Shown in pieces: positions 10,701-22,910 of a DNA stretch of 64,000 nt. Each line of letters opens with the position of its first letter. Within the stretch, counting starts at the first letter, position 1. The stretch covers positions 10,356,001 through 10,420,000 of the forward strand of contig NC_087438.1 in NCBI RefSeq assembly GCF_036321535.1. Reading direction: 5' to 3'. This DNA comes from Camelus dromedarius. Lineage: Eukaryota. The position numbers were made by a program, and so were the translations under genes. The notes beneath the pieces were generated by a model. That model ran no database searches. It was not told the DNA's origin and saw only the letters and a program-made list of their open reading frames with translations.

Positions 10701-13700
10701 ACTAATATTCCATCCCTTGAGACTGAAAGTTCAGCTGACCTGCCGGGTAGATGACGTGAAGAGTGATAGTGCTTGGCAAGCTGATTGCAGAACATTCCAA
10801 GGCCGGCTTTTGTTCCTGATGCTCCATGTGTGTAGGGCTGTATGAATGACACTTGGCTCTAAGAAAACCTTTACAAGTTCTCATGGTTTATAGCATGTTT
10901 TGGTTAAATACGTTCTTGTGTAATTCATGCATTTTCTGGAATGTAGGAAAAAGACTTACATGTTGGCATTCTGAATCTGGCCTTAGTTAAAATAATAAAT
11001 GTTTGTATGAATGAAGAGAAATCTGTCACCACCTGAAATAAATCAATCACATAGTTTAAACGTGCAGAATGTTCCTTTAAACCATTTTGCAGGGGAGTGT
11101 CTTTGCGTGTCTCCTGCCTCACTTAGAGACATGTTCAATTTTTTTAAATCTACAAATTTCCTCCTAAAAAGAGTGTTTGGTTTTCTCTTTAGGAAGGTAG
11201 GCTAAGTTACTTTATTTTTTTCAACAATATGACGATACTGACCAAAAGCATCAGTGCCCACCATGAAGAACACAGTTCCAGATGCCAGCCTCCTTCAAAT
11301 AAGGTGAGATTGTTCACTTACTAACACTGCGTCTGTGACACCAGGAACGATTTTGCCCGCAGGTTAAACATTCGTGTGTCTTAGCAGTGTTAAGACCTCT
11401 GAGCAGGATCAGACGGAAGGCACATTCTGTGAGCACCGTGTGACTGCTTCTTTCCTCCCCAGTTAACTTCCTGTTCCCTTAAAAGACGATTGTCTATTCA
11501 GGGCAATAATAAATACTGTATTGCCTTGGAAATCGCTTCCCAGATGGAAGGAAGAATCAAGAACCCACCATTTTATCACAGAGAAAACCTCATTATCCTG
11601 AAGTCAGCAGTGTACTAAATACTAAGTAATCTAAAAAGGCATGAAATTTTTTTTTAATAATTCTTCTTGGTGTAGGTGATATTTTTGGAAAGGACAGCCA
11701 TTTGACTCTTGGAGGAAAAGCAGAGGATCTCAGTCCCTGAAAAAGCCAAACAGACAGAGGAGCATTCAGGAATTTTTCTGGTTTCTAAGCATTTAGGCCG
11801 ACCTGAGCGAGAGCACAGGTCACAGGATGTCATGAATTGCCCACGTGGCAGTGCTGCGGTAGCTGGGTGGTGACACACAGTGCCCTCTCCTACAGAGTCC
11901 CCAAGGAGGCAGCCTGGTCTTGGGCCGACATCTTGTATTTAATCCCATAAGAAGGGACGTGGAGCCAGGTGAGGTGTCAAGGGACTTTCTTTCCCCCACC
12001 CCCGCCCCTGCGCCCACCCCTGCCCTCACTGGGTGTCAGGCTGGCGTCATCCGTCACTTCCACTGCCTGGGGCTTCTGTAGAGTGGGGCCACAGCTGGAC
12101 TTGGGTGGGCTGCGGGGCCACTCCTGGCTGGAGAACTTTCCACGTAAGGGCTGGTGCTGACCCGCCTTTCACCCTTCACATTCCCCCCAGCGGATGGATG
12201 GATGGCTGGACTCAAAAGGAGCCCATCCATCAGGAATGAGGGGCTGGGCTGGGAGGGTTAGGAAACGTCCCGTCGTGTCTGCACCCTGCAAGATCTGTGT
12301 GTGTCTTTCTGGTCTCATTTTTATGTTTTTTTATTTGTTTGTTTTTGGAAAAGCATTTTTCTTTCATCCAGCAAGGATTTCTTGAAACATCTGCTTTTGT
12401 CCTGGTGTAAAGTTAGGAATGAGCCCAAATCCCCTCCCAGTCCTCGCTGGCAAGATAACCCCTCAGAGATTGCATTACCCTTTTATGACAGCATAGATTT
12501 TGGGTCGCAGAAAATGCCTGTTCTTGACATCTCCCAAGAAATATATTTCAAGAGCTAGTTTACATTTTAAAAAAAGAAAGAAAAACAGAGAAAATGGCCC
12601 TGTCATTCCAAGGAGACAGGAATATGGGCTCGAAACTCTGCTCAAACAAAGCCAGTGTTTGTCTCAAGTAGAGAAGGATCCCATGAAAAGTAAGCCCCAG
12701 CTTAAAATCGGGGTAAAAAAGAAGAGAACTTTCTGACATCGTAGCGGTGTTTTCTGACGGTGTGGTTTTAACCACATGAGGATGTCTGCTCCAGGCCAGC
12801 AGGTGACACAGATGCTCCTGGTTCTCCCCGTGTCCCCCCGGGAGGGGTGTCACACAGCAGGAGGGGGATCTCATCAGGCCCTCCATCTTTGCTTGGGGAT
12901 CCGTTTTGTCCCTTGTCACTGGGGCTGCCCTCTCCTGGCGTTCTGGTCACAAGGCGTGGCAGCCACCAAGGTCATCTTTTCCTGGAATTCAACAACAGCC
13001 TGGTTAAAAACCGTCCCCCGCCTCCCATCTGCAGATCTGCCCATACCCAGAGCGTTCCTGGTCCCAGAAATGAGCCAGCTCCAGTTTTGCTCAGGGCATG
13101 GTAACTCAGTTCTCTAGGCTTGTATTAAATTCCTTCCATTGATCCAGACTAGCCCATGCTTTCTGTTATCCACTCTCAATAATAGCCCTTTCCTCCTCAT
13201 TTCATTTCTGGGGTGGTTTCAGCTTTCCACTTTAGCAATATGTGATACCCTGTTCTTCTGATTAGCCAAGCAGAGGCTTATGTCATCTGCTTTCGTCTTT
13301 ATTTCTTCACATTTCCTTATTGGAAGTTCAAGTGGTGAAATTCAAATGGAGAAAGACCTTGAAAATCTGATGGGTTCGACTGGAAATTCTGACAGGTTAG
13401 CATCTCTCCTCACAAGAATGAATTGGAGAAGAAAAACGATGCTTGAAGTTCTGCATTTGTTGACATAGCCACATTTTCCAAAGACTGTGTCATGTTTTAG
13501 GTGTTTTCAAAAACTGCAGTGGGACTAAATAGCATTTAGAGATTCCCAGAGCCCATTGCTTGTGCACCTTCTGCTCGCATGTTCTGTTAGGTTGGAGGTT
13601 ACAAGCCTCGCATCTCTAGCGCCCCTCGGGTTAGGTGCTGGTGAGATGACGTTCTCTGTGCAGGACCCGACTCCCAAGACTAGTGCCCCGAACGGGGCAG

Positions 13701-15700
13701 CTGCTCTGTGCAGGCCCACACACCCTGCTTTCAACCTTCCCAAGGAAGAAGAGCCATTGCTTCTAATTGAGTCCTAGTCGAGTGTGTTTTAATCGATATC
13801 CCTGATTACTTCGTTGTGTTCTTCCATTCACGGTTCCGGGAGGTGCCTGCCAGGGAACTCTCCCGTGTGGTTCCTGGAAGGGGGCTGCACAGGGAACAGT
13901 CAATGTGTGGGTCGTTTATGTGCATTTTCTCAGGCGGCGGAGACCATGTGTTCTTCATTACAGCGTGAGCCGTGGCCATGCTGTGCTGGACCTCTGGTTA
14001 AATCTAGGGATTATTAAAAAAAAAAAAAGGCTGGGGAATTTATCTCTTTCACATTTTCTGTGCTCACTTCATATATGAAAGCAAAGTTCACATTTTTGCA
14101 TTGAGGACGCACTGCACCAAATTGCGACGTATGTAAAACTTGCTTTTAATACCCTTGCGCCACATTTTCAGTCATTGCCGTCCCACATCTGTGCTCAGAG
14201 CCTCTGTACAGCTCCTAACTTTTTTAAGAGATTGTTTTTTGTGCTAATGTGCATTTGTTGTGACAGTGACAGGCTGGAGTAAAAGAACCCTGACCACCTG
14301 AACCTGGGCATGTGCAGAGGAGCAGGTAACTCACTGAGGGTGCAGGTCTGGTCCACGCCTGTGTCTCAGCTGCTGATGCTTCTTTATTGCACTGAGACAG
14401 ATTAAGACCCACGGACTCTCAGAAACAGAAGATGAGTGAGGTGACTGGGATGAAAAATTAGGAGTCTAGCAAGAAGTTTCCAGATACTTACAAATAGAAT
14501 AGAGATTTAAATTTGGGAAAACATTATAAAAAGCCTGGCTCTAATATTGTAACCCACCAAAAGTGTAGCCATATCACAAGGCAGTCAGTTTCTTCTTCTC
14601 GGTCACCTAAAATTATGTAAAATTCTCCAAGTAATACCCCGGCTTCGTCTCACTCCTCATTGTCCTAAACGAATCCGCCTGGCCTGCCCAGGCGACTGCA
14701 GTCACTGTGGAAAACAAAGAGAAGCTGTGATCCCTAGAAACGCATCTGGAAGAAGAATTTAGGATGAGCTCACTTTTATGTGATTTTCAAGAGCATTTCC
14801 AATGTGTTACTGTTTTTTTATTATTATTCCAAAAAAAAGCTACCTTGATCCCCAAAGCAGGGAATTAAAATCCTGTTTGAAAAATATAGAGAGAGAGGAT
14901 CATTTACTCAGAAAATTTTGCTCTAGACTATTTTAACCAACCCAGTCAACGATCATAAATGCTTGCTTATTCTTTCTTTGCTGTGTAAGTAAGTAATTGA
15001 CAGATCTGATTTCCACGTGTACATTACAGCCTTCCTGGTACAGTAGAAGGACTTCCTAAATAAAACGTGACTTGCTGCATCAAATTCTTAAGACAGGTTT
15101 CAGAAGCAGCCGTTGGCCACATGTACCTAATTAAACCCTGCCTGGTCTGTTCTAAAACAGTCGGATGGCATTGTTTTCTGACATTGGAAGCAGCTGCCCC
15201 AAAGTGTGCTTGAATTCTCTCTAGCACATAGCAATAACTGCTAAATAAACATTCAAGTCCTTGCAACTGGAATTGTAAATTAGGACTTTGCTTTGGGAGC
15301 GTGCGGAACTCTGAGTTCAGCTTACCCTGCTTGGAGTTTGTATCAAGATGTCCTGGCATGGTTCCTTTGACAGATATCTGTGAACGCCTACAATGGCCAG
15401 AAAGATGGGAATAAACCTAACCAGCTAAAATCGTTCTGGGAGCTTCTGTGGAGGAGAATTTGAAATGTGAGACGGCTGTTTGCTGGGAAGTCTCCCAGCA
15501 TTGCATGTGTGCGTCTGCGTGGTGGTCGTGCCTCATCAGACGTGATGGGCCACCAGCACTGGTCCCGTGTGTGCGCGTTTGGCCGGAGAGAGGGGTGCCC
15601 GGGGGGCAGATGCGTAGTGACACACCAGCCAGCAGGCTCGGGCTTTGCCGGCCCTCCTGCTCTTGGCTCAGTGGTGGATCCTTCAGGTCGATCCTCGCGC

Positions 15701-15767
15701 ATGTTGCCGCCCTACGCCATCCCACTTTCTTCCTCGTGTTTTGCAATTTCTTTTTCTGGGAAAAAAT
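15701..15767 (+). CDS. Candidate second alternative first coding exon MLPPYAIPLSSSCFAISFSGKK(Y)
   Basis: Locally CpG-enriched segment; AAT|gtgagt donor at phase 1; an in-frame upstream ATG also lies at 15545. Confidence 0.35.
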
Positions 15768-17004
15768 GTGAGTACTGTCTCATGTTTGTGTTAGGCTGTG
15801 TGTTGACAAAGACCTGTTTTGTTCCTTTTCCCCCCAGCAGCCTGGTAAGGAGTCACCGTCATGTCATTGTCAGGAAACTGGAGGACTTGTCAGATACCCA
15901 CGCCCAGTACCTGCCAGGGATGGGCTGGAACCCCTGCCCCACTGCTTCTGAATGACCATTAATCTGTGAAGTGCTTGCTTGAAGGGACAGGCAGGCTTTA
16001 AACTCTAGAGCTTCAGCCTGAACAAAGCAGCGACGACCTCTGCCCCCCGGAGCCTGTGTGCTGCTGGGACTGAAACAGAAGGCAGGCAGGAGGGCGTGTT
16101 GGTGAAGCGTGTCCAAACTCAGGGGCTTTAAGTTCAGTGACAGCCATCCTCGGCAATCCAGCTTTTACCTAGGACGTTTAGAAACGTCTTCAAGCCTTCT
16201 TGCCATTGTGAACATGAAGAGAGGGTTAAACTGAAACACGATCCTTTTCTCAGTCTGCAGCTAGCAGGCTCTGGTCCCTTTTCCTTTTTTTCTTGCGTTA
16301 AAAAAAAAAAAGCCTTTATTAATCACAGATGTCTCAAATTTAGAGACTGGGGCTAGGAGGCGATTTCTCTTCTCCCAGCAGGTTTTGTGCTGTGTGTTCA
16401 CATGGTGAAGCTCTTTCCTGTGTGGGGCTGAGGGTCAGGGCCTCTGCTTTCCCCTCCTTTCTTCAGCTTTTTTCTTTATTTAAGAAGAAATCTAGCATGG
16501 ACTTTGGATGAACTCTGACTTCAGCAAAGAGCCATCTATGTGGGGTTGTTTTCCCCTCAAAATAAGAAGAGAGAAAATTTGATTTCCTCTCTAAGGGCTT
16601 CAGGCAGATCACAAATGGCTTTTTCTTGTACATATGAGCATCTTTTTAAATGACTGAGATGTGCTGATAGTATGTCTTTATGCTGCAGTTTACTTTGTCC
16701 TCTTAAGGAACAAGTTTTTAAAAATAGAAACAGAATGAAGTGCTTCATCTAGGTTGCTTCATTCATTATTCATACACTGAAAAATGATTTTGAATATGTC
16801 TTGCATACCACACTGGGCCTGTGACTACAAAACAGTTAAACCGAATCCTGGTGTCCTGGGTGCTCACACTTCGCATAAATATAACCAAGTAAGCTCTGTG
16901 GTGAGTTCTGTACTACCAGGGAGTCCTGGAGGAGGTTGCCTTGACCACCTGACATTTGTGGACCAGGCTTTACAGTTTGTAAAGCTCGTTTATTTCTGCT
17001 ATTT

Positions 17005-17110
17005 CTTGTAATCCTCTCTTAGCCCTGTCAGATGAGGAAATTCAGATGCCAGAATGTTGGCCCAGGGGCAGGGCTGTTGAGGGGAAGAGCCAGGCTCAAG
17101 CTCAGACCCT
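17005..17110 (-). mobile_element. MIR fragment
   Basis: cagatgaggaaattcag...gagccaggctcaagctcag, reverse MIR core. Confidence 0.45.
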
Positions 17111-17689
17111 TTGATGAGCCCAGAGTCCCTTCCGACGTCCTCAGTTGATCTTCCATCTGGACGTTGAACCAGCGGGGGTTCCGCAGGCCGGGAGAGAAGG
17201 GCACCTCCCCACAAGGCATGCTGTGTGCGGCGGGTGTTCACAGACGTGGGCGCTGGTGACAGGGTGGAAAGGCAGCAGGACCGAGCATCCTGAGTGTTGA
17301 GCGGTAACTGAAGGTGGAAACAGGAACGACACAACTTTGAGTGACACACGAGCTTTCCGCCATGTTTCTCAGGGCAGTTGGGGCCAGGCTCCGCTGGGGG
17401 ACATGCCAGGGGACGTTCCTGTGCTCCCCACCCTCACCACGGGCATCCGCAAGACAGCATCACATAGCGCGAGCCGGTGCAGGAGTGGCTGTGGACTGCT
17501 CTGAATGACCATCTTGTAAGCAAATAATTCACACACTCACGACCTTGACTGAAATTAGATGTGACATATAGCTCATCTCAGAACTGACGGAGACACAGCA
17601 CCAAGTCAGGATGTCGCCGTTCACGGGGGTGGACGTGAGTCATCAGGCAGCGCTCAGGCTGGGAAACAGCCTGTGGCTGGGAATCGATT

Positions 17690-17830
17690 CGTTCACGCAC
17701 CCATTCATTATTTATTCAACATATACTTATTAAGCTCCAAGGATGTGCCAGACGTCCCGCTGGCAGCTGGGCCCGCAGCTGTCAACAAACCACACCCAGT
17801 GCCCGCCCACGTGAGGCCTGGAGTCTAAGG
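17690..17830 (-). mobile_element. L2 3' end fragment
   Basis: cattcattatttattcaacatatacttattaagc...atgtgccag, typical of the reverse L2 tail. Confidence 0.6.
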
Positions 17831-20139
17831 TCATGGTGCTTCCTGTCCTGACAGCTCCTCAGCTAAAAGTGCTGTTGTGGCTGGGTGATGCAGAGCCCTG
17901 CCTGGGCCTCCACCCCAGGTTTACGCTTGTTGTTGACCTGCGCCATCCACAGTCCACCTGCGCAGAGAGCAGGGTCTCATAGGAAGGGGGCTGCCCCAGG
18001 AGAGTTTGTGCCTGGCCAGGACACTTCAGACGCAGGCATCGCGGCGTCACTGGGAGCTCCTCTAAGGAAGGCACCTGTGTGCAGACCAGTAACTCAGGAT
18101 CCACCCAAGGAGACCCTCTAAAGCTCTGTTCATTGTGTGATTGATGCTTCCCGTGTGCCCAGGAACTTTGGAGACCTTGATTCTACTGGATGCCATTAGG
18201 ACATGTTGTTTAATTTAAAATTTGCAGCAGAGCAGTTGGCCTAGTGGTCAGTCTGTTCTTTAGATAACTAAAAATAATAGCAGACACTTTATTTCATTCT
18301 AATGGTTTGATTTAGGTTTAAATAATTTTTAAGTCTTAAAAATTCCTGATTTATGCATTATGTCACAATCCAGTAAAGACTGTATAAATGGGCTGTTAAA
18401 CTCACAGTGTCCAAGTCAGTGGATTTTCTGTGTTGAAAAGAAAAAACTACAATTTATTGTTTTTTCCAAAAGTGTCAAACACCTTGAAGAATTGAGCATT
18501 ATTGTTTAAAAAAAAACTGAAAAGAGAAGAAATTTATCTGTTTGCTTTTGGTTTTGGTTATGTTTTCCATTGCTGATCACCCAAATTGTGACTAATGTAA
18601 GGAGAAGATCTGCACAAGACAAAATAATCTGCCTGTCTTACAGACAGGTGAAGGAATTTTCCCTCTGCATTTTCAGACTTCTGAAACGAAATTGTTTTTT
18701 AAGGTAAAATTTTAAAATTCGCCAAAACTTCCTTCTGAGTTTATACTTGCTGCTAGCATTTTTCTAAGTCATAAATATTCTAGTGAAGTGAAATAATGTC
18801 ACTGAAATGACTTGATGAAAAGCAGCTCAGGAAGAGAACCCCTTTTCCCTTCAGAATAGCAATTTGTCTGCAGCACCGGTGAGCTCTGACCTTGGACAGC
18901 TCTGCCTCCGTCCTGGGTCTAGGCTGGAACGGTCGGGCCATGGTCAAGTTTATAATACTTGACCTGCCAGGTGAGGCAAAAACAATCTCTTTTGACTCTG
19001 CTTCCAAAGTGCAGAGAACCAGATCCTCTGCGACTGAGCCCAGGAAGAAGCTAGGAGATGACGTCTCTCGTTTCTTTTTCTTTTTAACCATTTTTACAAA
19101 CCCAGCTTATTTCCTAAGCAAGGCCGGAATGCCCTGAAAGTCATCCTTGTAAAACCAGCCAGGTCCCACAGGGCTTTACTGAGGGACTGCAGCCTCCTAA
19201 GACCGCTGCTGACCCGGGGAGGGGTCTGTGTGTCAGGGAGGCTGCCCACAGCTGCCCACCCCGTCCAAGAGCTCTCACTTCTCCGCAACCTGCGAGCTTC
19301 CCTGGACAAAGACCATGTCAGAGTTCATAGTGGCGACCCCTTCACGGAGGGATCATATTACATGCTGCATTGCTCCCGTGTCAGATTCCCCCATATTCTC
19401 ACTTTTAGGCACAAAAACATGTGGAAGGCTCATTTGTTGGCTTAGACAGTGTCCCCATCACTTCTAATGTGTGAGTCTCTGCTTATGAACGTTAGGACCT
19501 GCAGCTGATTTAGTTTTATTGAAGTGCATTGGCCTCCGTCTTTTTCTGGCCTCCCTTGGCTCATACGAGGTGCAGCAGGGCTCCATCAGGAACACCGCAT
19601 CACCTGCCGGCCAGTCCGGGCTGTCTCGCTGCCTCCACCTGGATGCCGCCTTCACGGTTCTTTGTCCTGTGCGGTTACTCAGCTGAATGTCCATGGAGGA
19701 AATGCTGTCCCTAGAACAGGGCTCTGTCTCTTCTGGCTGGAGAGTTCTGCAGTTTCTGGTCGATACTTGATGCATGCCTGCTGCATACCAGGCTCTGTGC
19801 AGGCCCTGGGCTCACCGCACAGACGAGGCCCCTGCCTTCCTGCAGCTTCGTGAACTCGTAATGGGTTATTTGTCCAAAGGCCAGCTTCAGCGCTGCCTCC
19901 TTCATGAAGGCTTCCGTGATCCCCCCCACCTGATGCCCCTTCTTAACTTCTGCCAGGGTTTGTATCCGCTGATAGCATTCAGTGTCCCAGTTGTACCTGA
20001 ATGGTGGTGGTGTGGTGCGATCGTTGAACGCACTGCATGGTGTGTCGCCTGCGTGGAGGACGTAGATTTATTCATCTCTCTCCAGTGACAAGTACAGGGT
20101 TTGGCTCTGAGTCCCAGCACAGTAAATGACTGTGAAATA

Positions 20140-20212
20140 TGTCACCTGCTGTGGCCAGCACAGTGTCTTGCTAATAGTTGGTACTTAGAAACACTTTAGC
20201 TGAATAAATGAT
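20140..20212 (+). mobile_element. L2 3' end fragment
   Basis: agcacagtgtcttgctaatagttggtacttag...gctgaataaatga. Confidence 0.5.
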
Positions 20213-21500
20213 CATCTGGCATGTGGATTGTCCCAACTCTCCTCTTCCTTTTGTTCTTCCTGTTCCCAGGGGAGGGACCACGTCTGCCTCGCTCGCCTCT
20301 TATCCTCGGTCGGCACCTGAGAAGGTCCCTCTGAGGCTCTTCCTGCAATGCATGTTGTTAATGGTTTCTCCTCCCTCGTCCAGATGGTACCTGAGGAAAA
20401 CGAGGCTGATGTGGGAACGTTTTAGTAATTCTTCTGTAAAACTAAATAAAAATATGTGCGCACATACGAAGGGGAAAAGGTTTTTACTCTTAAACAGAAT
20501 GGTGCATTGACTAGTTTTGAGCCAAAGTCTGCCTCTGAGAAGATCAAGATTTTTAAGAATGAGTGATCCTGCTTGAAATGCGTCATCTGTTTATGGGAGA
20601 TTATACCCTCTCCCCACGCGAGCTGGGGCAAGGAAGGAACAGGCCGGCAGGCAGACGGCTCTCCGCTGTCTAGCCCCGGCGTCTGGAGCATCTGTGGGAA
20701 ACGAGTGTTGCCTCTGGTACATATAATCACAGGATTGGGAGGACTTAACTCCCTTGCCTTTTAACCGCAGCACATAATGCTCTCCAGTGCCACAGAGGTG
20801 AATACAGCTAATACAGTTGTCTGTGTGAACTCAGTTTTTTAAAGATGATTTTATTTTTAAGACTTCAAAAGATTTAAGAAGCTAACAAGCTAGTGAATGA
20901 CCTTCTTCCTTCCATTTCTCATCGTGTGGCGTTTTATTCCCCTTCACCGCGCCGGGGCCCTCCTAGGGCCCAGTGCCCGGGAAGGGGCCCTGCAGTGTCC
21001 TGGGTCAGTGGTTTTCCGTTTGTAGAATGACGCCTCACAGAACTCCATGAGTCTTTTGAGTGTCAGCTGTTACCTAAGTTTCTTTATAGCTCCTTTTTCC
21101 TCCTGAAAAATTGTGAACTCGGTGTTGACTGTGTTTAATTTTTGAGATCCAGTGAGAAGATTCATTTGAATGTATTTTCAAATAACATTTTGGTTATTTC
21201 ACCACGGCTTCTCCTCCTCACATTTCTTTTAAAAAACGTGTTGTTGTTTTGTTCATTGTTGCCGGCATTTACTCCAACATGTGCAGTAACTTTGCTGAGG
21301 CTGAGAGCAAGGACGCCACACGCCTGTGTGGTTCCAGAGAATGCCGAGGGCCGGCTCTCCCCGTGAACCAGCCAGCTCTGCCCTTTCACAGCCGCTGGCC
21401 TCACCCTGGCACTGAACTTTCTAGAAGGGTGCTGTTTGTCACAGTGCCTGACCAGATCACAGCTATCTGACATATACACGCACACACGTATACATACATG

Positions 21501-22088
21501 CAGGCAGACCTCGCTTTATTTTTTGCACTTCCCGTGGCTTCCCCTACCTGGCCTTCTCCTGTGGACCTCTATTCTCCATCTCCTCCGAGGCCTCTGACCC
21601 TCTGCCTGCCCTCTCTTGCTGGTCATCCTGAGAGCCCATTCCCTGGCTCTTTTCTCTCCCTCCACATTTTTCTTGGATGATTTATATTCATGTCTTTAGA
21701 GACTGCATTTTTAACTAAGTGAAGGTTTGTGACAACTCTGCCTCTGTTGGCACTATTTTTCCAACAGCATTTGCTCACTTTGTATCTCAGTGTCACATTT
21801 TGATGATTCTTACAATATTTCAAACCCTCCACCAGCAAAAAGATTACAGTTTGCTGAAGGGTCAGATGATGGTTATCATTTTCAGCAATAAAGTGTTTTT
21901 TAATTAAGGTGTCCGCATTGTTTTTTTTAGACAATGCTGTTGCACACTTAATAGACTACAGTATAGTGGAAACATAACTTTTACGTGCCCTGGGAAACCA
22001 AAAAAATTCTTCTGACTCACTTTTTTGTGATACTCACTTTATAGCAATGGTCTGGAACTGAATCCACAATATCTCCAAGGTCTGCCTG
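21501..22088 (+). mobile_element. Tigger1-family internally deleted DNA transposon with both TIRs
   Basis: TIRs CAGGCAGACCT / AGGTCTGCCTG; TA at the right flank, TG at the left. The interior matches the recalled Tigger1 5' and 3' ends joined at tttcaaac|cctccaccagcaaaaagattac. Confidence 0.88.
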
Positions 22089-22617
22089 TATGTATGTTTA
22101 TTGAGTGGTACTTGTATTCGCTAGGAGTGAGTCAGACTAACACATTTATCCAACAGGATTAGTTTTAATTTCTGTTGAATTCTTCTTTAAGCCATTCTTT
22201 CTTGGGTTTTGTCCACCAAAAAAACAGGTAAAAATAATTTAAACTTTCAGTCCTCCCGTATCTGTGATGGTGACGTTTTGAGTCTGTGTGATAATGATGC
22301 TGGTCTTCAGAGTTGGTGACTTGGGGTTTTTTTGGAGGGGGCAGGACATCTGGAGAAAAATCATCTCTGGCAGAACTCAAGTTGGGAAACATTGGACGGG
22401 TGAGCACGCGGGTTGGACTGCCCCCGACACATCCCACCCCTGCTCCCCAGGGTAGCACCAGCGGGCGCAGCTCCTGGCTGGTGGGCCACTGACCTTGGTG
22501 TCAGCTGGGTGGTGCTGAAACTCGTAGGCACAACGGCACCGGCCGGGACCTCGGGAGGCTTTGGGGGCCGTCAGTCACGCTCGCCTGTCTCTCTCTCTCC
22601 CTCTCTCACCCCATCAG

Positions 22618-22910
22618 ACTCGCTGTCTGTCTCCAGCAACGATGCCAGCCCGCCCGCCTCCGTGGCCTCCCTCCAGCCCCACATGATGGGGGCGCAGAGC
22701 TCCCCGGGCCCCAAGCGCCCAGGCAACACGCTGCGCAAGTGGCTGACCAGCCCGGTGCGGCGCCTGAGCAGTGGCAAGGCCGACGGGCACGTGAAGAAGC
22801 TGGCGCACAAGCACAAGAAGAGCAGGGAGGTGCGCAAGAGCGCCGACGCCGGCTCGCAGAAGGACTCGGACGACAGCGCGGCCACCCCGCAGGACGAGAC
22901 CGTCGAAGAG
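22618..22910 (+). CDS. TRIO: TRIO exon (~human exon 35), DSLSVSSND...QDETVEE
   Basis: Pyrimidine tract + catcag|AC; GAG|gtgagg; 293 nt, phase 1 to 0. Confidence 0.96.

Noticed and set aside
11180..11310. ttag|GAAG|gtaggc 4-nt micro-exon pattern and ccaccATG...AAG|gtgaga exon-like segment
   Set aside because: The ATG frames end in phase 0 or 2, incompatible with the phase-1 acceptor at 22618; likely chance
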